A DNA stretch of 64,000 nucleotides from Chrysomallon squamiferum (Eukaryota > Animalia > Mollusca). The translations under genes and the position numbers were made by a program. Where the stretch lies: contig CM022679.1 of the NCBI GenBank assembly GCA_012295275.1, forward strand, positions 31,248,001 through 31,312,000. Direction: 5' to 3'. The notes under the pieces are model-generated. The model did not search any database. It worked only from the letters and a program-made list of their open reading frames with translations, and had not been told where the DNA came from. Every line of letters starts with the position of its first letter. The stretch's first letter is position 1. This document shows positions 53,820-64,000 of the stretch, piece after piece.

Positions 53820-56800
53820 CCTGTGGTCGTCTTGGGAAAATTGTCTACGAGATTTCGCTGGCATTCGTGGGATTTCGTCGAGAAAGTATTTTTCTCACGA
53901 CATGCTTGGCGAGGTATTGCCTAATCGTCTGCGGGTTTGCCTCGTTGTGGGGATCTGCAACCTGTCACGGTATCCGTGGCACAAAAACTTTGTTTATTTC
54001 GCTTTCCAACGAAGCTGCTGATGTTTTCTCCAGCACCGTCCGAGTCCATTAGTGACACGCGGTGCAGGAGAGTGACACACCAGCGATACGGGAAGCAAAT
54101 CTCTTTTATCTCTGTTTGTTTTACTGTGATTCCACCCGTCTCCGTCTCTGTCGCTTGTGTCTGCCCAGCTTTTTCCTATCGCTCTTCACAGATGTTTGAC
54201 TTCTTTTGATATTTTTTTTCTTCATTTTTTTTTTCTTCTCATGCCTCACTTTCTTTCTCTCACTTTCTCTGTGCGAGTTATACTCGTATATTAAAACAAC
54301 GTTAATTTCTTCACGTGAACACTGTAGTTATTACCTATTATTTTATTAGATTTTTGTCGACTATAAAAAGAAAATGTTAGTGGCAAGTGGTTTTATTTAC
54401 TGAACAAAAATAAGTAAATAAATAGTAAACGCAATACTATTACTACAACTACTATTACAATTACTGTTATTGTTTTCAACTCTATAATTAATATAGCTGT
54501 TACTTGTATTATCACTATTAGTACTGCCAACATATTATTTACAATAAACTTGCTTAATTTCCAGCACATATACCAGTTTTGTATCAACGTTTACCGAAGA
54601 CACATTTTTGTTTTTCGTTTTAATAAAATTCACAAATTTTGTTCTTGCAGGGACAGTGCTGATGACAGAGGGGTGGCGAACATTCAGCCCAGCTGTCACG
54701 AAGGTAAAATCACTTGGACCAGTTCTTACGGCGCTATCAGACTGGAACTGAAACCTGTCAGATCAGGAGAGTTTAAAGCGTGTATTCTGCTTCACAGCCA
54801 TGACGTCAGAACTCTGGTTTCCAGGGAAACGGTTAAGACAACGCCTGGAAATTATAAAACAAAACAATTAGACAAAAAGGAACTGGCTTTGACGCCGTTA
54901 TTGACAGTGAACGGAAGTGGCAGCGTGGACAGTAAAGAGGTTTGCGTGACCTCTAGCGGCGATTCAGTACACTTGTATATAGAAACAGAACGTACAACGG
55001 AAGACACGGGATTACCTAGAGTTTCAATATATTACGACATAGAGCTGACTCAGAGTCCGCTCTTTTACAACCCCATGGAAGGTGAGCCCTCCTTACATTC
55101 ACTTCACTATAACGTCATTGTTTTCCTTTGTACAACGTTACTGTTCATTTTGCAGCACCGCATACACCGGTTCTTTGAAAGTGAAATATTTTATTTCAAT
55201 GCCTTTAACATCGGTCGTTGTGCGTTTTACCAACTTAATCCCCATTCAGTAGCTATCTAATTACAGCGTTCACACTTGCAGCATGTAAAAAAATTTAACT
55301 GACTGATTCAGTTAAACATTTATTACCATACAGATATAATCATATTGCCTATAAAAGAACTCGATGTGATTAAAGGTATGTTAGCCAGCATTTTCACGCC
55401 AGGAGGTAATTATAAGATTTACATTAAAATTATTAATGAGAATTCAAACATGCAAAGTGAATCATTTTATCAAGATAATCGTTTTAGCTATTATCGACTG
55501 TTGAAGCAGTCTCTCGTTAATGTGGTTTAGTTAATTCACTTCATCGTTCGTACATTTGTTTTCAAAACGAATTTGTGTTTTGAGTAAATTACTTCGTGCA
55601 CAAAGTACGAAGGGGACAAGGACAGACACTTGATATATTTGCCACAATAAAAATTACGGTGGTCGGTTTGACAACAGAAGACACGAGTCGTCTTTCTAAT
55701 CAGGCAATCTGAATCAAGAGTTCAGTGACAGAACATCCGGGGTATTACCCATTTCAACAGAACATCCTGTGTTTTGTTCTCCACCGAGTAATGTAAACCA
55801 GTCACGCAATGTCGGGTTTGTTTATCGTTATTATTTTTGTTTTGGGGCGAGGTGTCATGTCAGAGACGCAGGCCATTTTGTTTTCTGTTTAGAAAAATAA
55901 TACCAGGAACGGTAATAAATACGACCATCACAAATATAATGACGAACAAAGAAAGAAAGAAAACAGAGAAAAAAAAAGAAAAGAAAACTACTATGATTAT
56001 AATAAAATAAATCAATCAATCACTAGATTTCATTTTAAAATATTTTTGTTTTATGTATTCCAGATTGCCGTCCATGCACAGATAAAGAATTATTACAAGC
56101 ATTCTGCACGAGTGAGTTCGGTAAGTGAATTTAAGACTAATATCTTTGTTGCTAAATAACAGTTATCCAACGTGTTTTCGCTTGTCAAACATCTAATTTA
56201 TACTGCATGACAGGAATGGTTTTCGTGAACAAAACAGTGTTGCCAGGTAACGCTTAATTTAAGACCAGTTTATTGTGTGAAGCCGTTTATTTTGTGGGTT
56301 TTTTGTTTGTTTTTTTCCCTCACGTAAAAAGATCTATCGGATTTGACTCTTCTTTGACACTGAAAACTGAGTTAGTGCGACTCACGTCTGTGCTGGCGTG
56401 TGTCAGCGAAGGCGAACCCAGGTTTACTGTTCTTTGGGGTCAGGCAATCCTGACCGCCAGACGTTTTCCACAATAAAAGTGGTAACCTGAAAAATGTTTG
56501 AAAAACAGCGAACTAATGAGTCATTTTTTTCGAGATATTTATACGTATCTCTATATCTGTATTTGAGATTATACACGAATTGCTTCTTTTGCATAAATAT
56601 ATTTTATAAGTAATAAGAAATATAACTATAAGAATAACAAAAAAAATAAATACTTTTTTTAATTTGCACAAATATGTTTTAAAAGATATTAAAAAAATAA
56701 ATATGCAGTTGAGGTCAAATTACAGTATGCATGTACGTAAATATATGAAAAGAAATAAAAAAAATGCTTTTTGCACTATCACTGGCATTTTAAAATAAAT

Positions 56801-58846
56801 GCATTTTATTTTTACATGTGCGTATGTTAAATTATTCATTCAGATATCAAATGACACTACTTATTACAACAAAGACGTTGCACCACTAATGGAAATTTAT
56901 AACGGAGGCTTAGTGTATTTTAAAATATTTTAAACCAAATGACACATATACTAAAATATTGAAATACAGATGCAAAACGCGATGCCATCTACATTAGGAA
57001 AAAACTAATGCATTTTAAATTTAATACATATCACATCAAACCCTCCCCAAACAAAAAATAAATTATTTTGTAATTTATACATTATGTGGAGACGTAGCTC
57101 CACCTACCCTCGACCCCTCTGTGTGCGCGTCTGTTGAAGTGTGCACTGTAGAGGTGGTATCGGTATACCGCCGTCCTTTGAAGAACAAGAGGCTAACAAA
57201 GAAAAAGCACACCTGATGATCGGCCTCTTCAAGAGAAGCCATTCATCTTAGTTCGCATCTCTTAACGGCGTTTGTGCTTGCATGACCCAACGCTCACCCG
57301 AAAACAACGACAGCTTTCGGTCCTAAATCTTCAGCTCTGTAAACGTCTTTAGTAAATAAGCACAGGTGAATAGGAGCGCCTTGTCTGAATCCACTTCTCA
57401 ACTTGACGGCTTGGTCACATAGTTTGACTTGTATACGTTCAAGTGACCATGTCGCATGACATGTGGTTCTAATGACACCGTTCTATAAATCTGTGTTCTC
57501 ACAGTACTAATGACCTCTTCGTTTGCTTTTAAAAAAAGGTAATTTTGTCAAAGGAATTGTGAGAAAGATATTTTTCCCCGTTTATAGTATCAAAGACGTT
57601 TTGAAAATGAAAAAAAGTCTTAGAAAATAGATTTGTTGAGATCTTTTCTTTGAATCAGATTTTTCAAATATTTACCAAGTTTTTAGCAGTGAAAAAAAAA
57701 TAGAGATAAATAGGAAAATTAGGAAAGGAGAAAGATTTTTTTCCCATTACATTAACAGTAAAAGTCAAGATGACGATGTAATTTTAATGGCTATAATACA
57801 TGCGTACATTGTAAATTTGGAAAGTATTTTATGTTGAATCTGACATTAGATGGTATAAAAACTGACTGAAAACTGTTAATTAAAAACCCTCAAACTGGTT
57901 AAAAAATAGAATTCTATAATTATGTCTACATTGTTTGGTTACTTAGCAGTCGTTAAAATTGATAACATACGTAGAGGTATAATAATTTAGAAAATCCGGA
58001 TCAGTATTTTAAAACTTGAAATAAAGAAATATTGTTTTAACCTTAGGTAAAATCCCATCTTATTAACAGATAAAGAAAAAAGATCTGTAAATCTTTCCCC
58101 ATAGTTAGGAAAGCACTCTCAAATAGGCCCTTAATTTTTTTTAAATCCTGGACTTGGACGGAATTCTCAAATGTTTTGCCCACAACAGGCGTGTGCTACA
58201 GTTCATTGCTTGAACCTTGCCACAAATTACCCGAACCATTATCATTTCCAGTGACAGTCGCGTCTTTCATAATGAGCTGATCATAATCAAGTGTATACTC
58301 TGAAGGCTTCAATATAATGTTTCATGGTTGGGCTGTTTTCATTGGCGTAGTGTAAAGGTCCTTGCAGCAATAAGACACCTGCTGAGAATTACGTTTATAA
58401 AAGTGTGCGGGTGATAAACTCGGCATATTTTCAACAAAAATAAATAAAAAGAAAGTAAAGAGTGAAAAAAAATAAGTGTATTGATAAGCCAACGTACTGC
58501 ACTGTTTGATAAAATAACAAGCATTTTTAAATGAATGTTTCCATTGAAATTGCTAGTCACTGCACTGTATTTTTCAAATAAATTTTGACTTTGGAATTAA
58601 AACAGCTTTTGAATGCAGCTTAGTGATAATAATAGCTGTCTCATTTTTTTCTTTGTTACTCAAAGTATATGTACTTTATTCTCAATTTAATATTTAAAAT
58701 GCATGGAGAAACTACAAGGATAATTGCTTCTCAGGGTGCATTTAAGTAAATATAAATTTTTATTTACTTAAATGCACCCTGAGAAGCAATTATCCAATGC
58801 TTCCATAGGTCTTTGTTAATGTATATATACATGTGAGCACTATTTA

Positions 58847-58900
<54 letters not shown>

Positions 58901-59226
58901 ATTTATTTTTAATTACAGTTGTCGTTGGTGAGATGCAGAAAGTCCTGCACAATGACGTGGATCAGAAGTCGTACATCGACGTTCGCGTATCTCAAGTGAT
59001 CCGACAGAAGGGACATATTTTCACTCCTTCTCCAAAGAGCAGTCGAGATTTCGAAGGGACGATACTAACTCCGTCTAAGTGTGGCGTCAGTCTGAGTCGG
59101 GGACGGTTTTTACTGACGGGACGAGTCAGACTGGGGCGTCCCATTCTGAAATGTGCTCCGTTTTACGACCAGTGGTTACGCATTCGTGATGAAGCGACGC
59201 AAAGCGGGACAATGGAATGTGCATAA
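45191..59226 (+). CDS. METRNL: Meteorin / Meteorin-like secreted protein (signal peptide, CUB-like and NTR-like domains), 297 aa; exons 45191-45288, 54651-55081, 56064-56120, 58919-59226
   Basis: Signal peptide MDTKRLFSMLLFLTGVARVRL followed by QYSCDQC (vertebrate QYSSDRC). Also CHEGKITWTSSYGAIRLELKP, CRPCTDKELLQAFCTSEFVVVG, VSQVIRQKGHIF and CGVSLSRGRFLLTGRVRLGRPILKCAP, all Meteorin-family motifs. Exons total 894 nt with GT-AG junctions and compatible phases. It is probably co-orthologous to vertebrate METRN and METRNL, so the symbol is nominal. Confidence 0.92.
45333..45418. repeat. (TC)n/(TGTC)n microsatellite in Meteorin-like intron 1
   Basis: Directly visible. Confidence 0.93.
47700..47840. 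repeat. (AG)n/(AGTG)n microsatellite
   Basis: Directly visible. Confidence 0.9.
58718..58795. repeat. Perfect inverted repeat: 35-bp arms with an 8-nt loop
   Basis: GGATAATTGCTTCTCAGGGTGCATTTAAGTAAATA (58718-58752), loop TAAATTTT, then TATTTACTTAAATGCACCCTGAGAAGCAATTATCC (58761-58795), the exact reverse complement. Confidence 0.97.
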
Positions 59227-60425
59227 TGATGTCAAAGTATATCGTTTATACTTTTATATATTAGAAATAACGTAACTCCTAATGTTTGTCGTAAAGTAAA
59301 CTGTACGTGGGGCGTGTGTTAACGTGAATCTTCAGTGGTAGCTGCATTCAAATCGAAAAACCGTCCGAACAAAATTGTCCTTTTTATGACATGATGGAAT
59401 GTTTCTGGGCCAAAATATTTACTCATTTAAATCCTGGTTTCGTATCCTTTATCACCAAATTGTGACTCAGTTTACCTTGAAAAGAAACCAGGTAAAGCCA
59501 ACAAACATTTTTTTTTTTTTTTTTCCCCAGACAAAATGGATGTAATTACGATTGGAAAATCAGAAAACATTGGACAAATAAAAAAAGAAAAAAGAAAACG
59601 AAAAAGCAAAGCAGTTTATGTAAAAAAAAGTCGTGTTACTTCTAATGCTGGTCGTTAGAATCATATGTGAATTTATTCTGAGAACTTCCATTTTGTTACA
59701 GATGTGATTTTCAACAACTTCTCGAAAAACAAAACAAAACAAACCCGCACAGTTCTATTTTCAGATGTTTTCACACACGTCACTAACGTGTTTGTAAGAG
59801 TTTGACACTGTTTTGCACAGATTAGGTTGTGGACAAACTGTTGTGTAATATAAACTGTATGTGATGAGAAAAACAGTCTTGTTGTTGTGACTAATGAAAT
59901 GGCATGGATTGTTTTTAATGGATTTGTTTTCTGAGAGACTTTTACAGACATATAAAAACAACTCAAAGAACTTATTCGGAAAGACATGCAGTTGTTTAAG
60001 GCAATTTCTGCTCATTATGGACAGTTGTTTAAAAAAAAAAAAAAAAAAAGAAAAGAGAAAAAAAAAGTGCTAAACATTTCGTATATGCCTGTTGCTGTTT
60101 TCAAGCCAGTTTTTCATCATTTCATAATTTCTACACAAAACGAAAGTATCCACTGTTGCAGCACTGCCTTCACAACGTGTATTTGTTAAAGTGGGAATCT
60201 AACCGATTCGCTGTCAACTGTGATAAGTAGCTTAGAATGTAGTATAAGAGAACGGAAGTGAACGTTGTGACGTCATCATAATATTATTCATAAATACATT
60301 TATGCAGAAATGCTATTCATTATATTTCAACAGTTGGATATTATTTAATTATTAGAATACATTTATGCAAAACGTTATCCTTTTTTTTTTTTTTTAAATC
60401 ATATATTGATTATTTTTTCATTTTT

Positions 60426-60462
<37 letters not shown>

Positions 60463-60857
60463 TTTTATGTTGTAGATTAATCCATATGTTTCCTTTCGTT
60501 TTATATGTACAACCATTTAAGAAATATATAAGCCTTTAAATAATTATCGAACATATAAACAATATATGAACATAACAAGTTAAGATAAATTTACATACAT
60601 AATAAATTTTCAGTTTATCTCTTCACAATTAAAACAAAACGATAAAAGTCAAATTTGTTTTCAAGTGCCTTGACTGTTACTGCGCATGCGCTTTCTTCCG
60701 TTTCTTTGAGTACCTTATGTTGCTGGTCAACTTTAAATGTACATTGTAAATATTTTATTAACAAAAGTTTTATAAATGCAGTTGCATCATCCGACTTATG
60801 CTGAAATCGCAAGACACGGCAAGCTGAATATAATTTTATAAAATTTTATAAAATAAT

Positions 60858-61115
60858 CATGATGGTATCGTACAATATAGAGAGGTTGCAGGATATCATA
60901 TACAGTGGTTGTATTATTCGATATACAGTGATTGTATAATACGATATATAGTGGTTCCATCATTCGATATACAATGATTGTATAAATACGATATATATTG
61001 ATTGTATCATACGATATGCAGTGATTGTATAATAAAATGATTATATGATACAATACGTGATTATATCATTATATATACATAATTGTATGATTCTAGATGT
61101 CATGGCTATATCATA
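60858..61115. repeat. Degenerate ~22-25-bp minisatellite (ATACGATATACAGTGATTGTAT-like)
   Basis: About 8-10 diverged copies of CGATATA..TGATTGTAT. Confidence 0.75.
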
Positions 61116-61401
61116 TCAAATACTCATAATGGCAAATGATCTCATACTTCTACTTAACTTCCGTACGTTGTAGATGAAATGGAACAGTACTATATTGTCT
61201 GTTTTCTTCAGTTACAAGTTGATAATAATAGTTTTAAAATTATCAAAATAACATTTTGGGGCCAAAATCCTGTACAAGCTATGTGTTACATACGTTCCGA
61301 CGTATCCTTTGGTTATAAACATTCAATAAATCATTTTTATTACTTTTCTCTTGTCTGTTAGATTTACCTTCGAAGAGATTACTGTTATTAAAATATTCAA
61401 A

Positions 61402-61454
<53 letters not shown>

Positions 61455-64000
61455 TATTAAAAAATATGAAACTGCTGTTGGAGATTTCAAGTCTTTCTGA
61501 ATTTCTGGTGAGAATTAGCACTTAAAGAGTTAATGTTTGGAGCTAACAGTTTAACATTTGGTGTATGATTTATTTTACCTTTGACATTAAACGTCTTGTA
61601 TTTATTTACCTCTTAAAGGATGAATATGCTCTTTAGGGTGTTAATTCGTTAGTCAAACAATCGATTTTCACAATTTCTACAAGATTAATATTAGGAATGA
61701 ATAAGAATTTTTTGTCTGTCCATAAGGTGTTAATGCTTACGTCAATATTAGGTTTAGCTGTTCGGTAAATGATTTATTTATATCTCCGAATCTTAGCTCC
61801 TGCTTAAAGAATTTATGCTTACTTACTTCAAGAACATTTACTCTGACGATTAGGTAAATGATTATAGAACATAATATCTTCATTCACATTGAGTATCTAA
61901 TCTTTAAGTTCACGCGTTAATCAGACGTGTAAAGTGAGATAAGACTGTTTATGTGTGAGGCAAAACGACCAGAGCAGTTTTATGAAAAGATTTTTCATCA
62001 CAAATTTTCTACAGATAAGTTTTTGTATTCAATAGTATTTTTTTATAACATTCCCTTTCATCTACATTGTACATCACATTCAAATAGAGAATAAAACGAA
62101 TAAAGAAATATATATATTACTATAAAAACTGTGTCAGTTTCTTTTGTTTTTCTTCTTAATAATTTATCTCATTAACAGAAATTGTAGTGATTCAGCTTTA
62201 TTTTCTTTTGTATCTTTTCTTTGTAGTTTGCTCGTACATTGGTGGATCTGTGAAAAACAGTTTAATAGGATTTTATGCGACAGTTTTTCAAACTGGAGAA
62301 CAGGCGATTTACATACAGATTTTGTTAAATGAATAAAAGTTCTTGATCATATAAACAGGGAGATTTCCAAATTCCTTGACACCCGCCTCTTGAATCCGCC
62401 TCTTTAATGGGTTTTGTTTTCTTTGTTTTGTAATCGCCAGGTTAGCACAAGTGATAAGATTTTTAATTAAGAAAATGAAATGTTCGTGCTGTCGGCAGGT
62501 GAAATAACCTATTTATCCAGGAGAATTTTCTTATCTTGAAGCCGGCTTTGAAACAAGAGGTCGGCGATCTAATTAATTCTTTACAACATTAATAAAACTT
62601 CAACGCGACAACAGTAATGTATTATTTTCTGTTACATGTCAGCTGTTTAGACCAAGATGTAGTTTAATAGTTATAAATGACTCCAATTAAATTATACGAT
62701 CCTTCTATTGCAGTATTAATGTTTTATAAAAGAAAGCAGTTTCAGGATTAGTTTTTAGTAACAAAGAATTTCAGCACATGTTTGGGGGGTTTTCTTGTCG
62801 TTTTTTTATGACTGAATTTGAAAAATGGATTCGAAAGGTTCAGACTTTAATCTCAAAAGAGAAATTATTGTTTAGTGAAAGACATAGCAGTAACACAAAG
62901 ATAGAAATGATTATAGTTCGTAGACATAAAGTAGAACCATCGGAGGTGTGGATGATTAACACAGAGACAGAAGATTGTATCTAACAGCTCTATTGGCTAA
63001 ACAGCTGCAGTGTAGAGAAAGGAATATACAGTCAACACGTACAGCAACACCCAGTACCAAATAACGATAGTGTTCGAATTATGTTACAAGATATATTATG
63101 TCTGATTACCGTAACATTATATAAACTCTGTTTGTCTTCCAGGAGTTTTTTCCGGTAAAAATATGCTTTCCGCATTACTGAACTAGCTGTAGAGAGCTTC
63201 CTTTACTTCATCGTTCAAATGATTCAGTAATCATCTATAATGATGATATGCATCGTTATATATTTTTAGATATATAATTCATTCTAATATATATGTATAT
63301 CTAGGCCTTCAGCTTTTAGATTATGCAGATGACATTTTTGTTTACAGTAAACGTTATGAAAGTTTATAAACATATGTCTGTAATTAGACCATGGTTACAA
63401 TCATATTCAAAGACATTTGTAATTAGTTGTCACAACAATTTACAATTTATGTTATTTTTTATCCATTCTTTGCTCCCCTACAAAAAAAAAAAAAAAATTG
63501 TTAACTTAAATTCAGAAACATTTTAATATCTCAAAATAGTAATAATAATACTAATCACACGCACGCACGCACACACACTATACATAAAGGCCAGAATCAA
63601 TGGAGCAGAAACAGACTGAAGTTGTCTGCATCGAATATCAAGATCTAACTGACCAAAATAAAATAAAAATGAAATAAAAAATAAAATAAAATAAAAACAA
63701 AAACAAAAACAACAACAAAAAATTAAAAAAAATTAAAAATAAATAAATAAATAAAATAAAATAAAAACTACACAAAACAAACCACAACGGTAATTGAAAA
63801 ATAAAAAGGAAAAAAAAATAAAAAAAGGAACGAAGGAAGTGAGAAAAAAAAGAAAAATTTCTACAAGTATACAATTAACCGTTAAAGCCCTCACAAACGA
63901 CTCAAGAGAAAAAAACAACATCTACACATGTTTCGTATTGTCGCGGTATGCAGCTTTTCAAGTGTCAAACGCTACGTTGTTTCTGCCAACAACGGTAACA

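Noticed and set aside
57085-57133. C-rich TIR-like relics (also 62380-62403) similar to the putative MITE end at 24494
   Set aside because: Only single degenerate ends with no partner TIR identified; insufficient to call elements.
57405-57456. Imperfect hairpin (TGGTCAC...GTGACCA) as a possible pre-miRNA
   Set aside because: The stem is only ~12 bp plus a large bulge, which is too short and irregular; no known mature miRNA recognised.
62778-63234. Possible terminal exon of a neighbouring minus-strand gene (acceptor near 63235, MITESFER*) and a 68-aa plus-strand ORF
   Set aside because: Too short to support, no recognisable homology, and no partner exon within the window.

Overview
AT-rich, microsatellite-dense animal genomic DNA with GT-AG introns. 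It is probably a lophotrochozoan such as a gastropod mollusc, which is inference only. Four protein-coding genes could be spliced by hand. (1) The last six coding exons of Integrator subunit 1 (INTS1, +, stop at 3279). (2) A complete six-exon augmin subunit HAUS2-like gene (-, 7879-5251, 227 aa), tail-to-tail with INTS1 and almost invisible in the ORF track. (3) A complete 18-coding-exon U-box E4 ligase UBE4A (+, 8802-20862), head-to-head with HAUS2; exon 10 has a 1-nt frameshift that is most likely an assembly error. (4) A four-exon secreted Meteorin/Meteorin-like gene (+, 45191-59226, 297 aa), preceded by a ~24-kb gene-free region of CpG-richer islands, microsatellites and SINE/MITE relics. 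Nearly all other ORFs in the track are translated microsatellites or chance ORFs. I found no convincing novel multi-gene system. The best leads are local: three in-frame tandem-duplicated splice acceptors in HAUS2, intronic repeats anchored on splice sites, a Meteorin homolog with two extra N-terminal cysteines and a TAATG-overlapping uORF, a perfect 35-bp-stem hairpin in its last intron, and clustered transcription-factor-like motifs around it.
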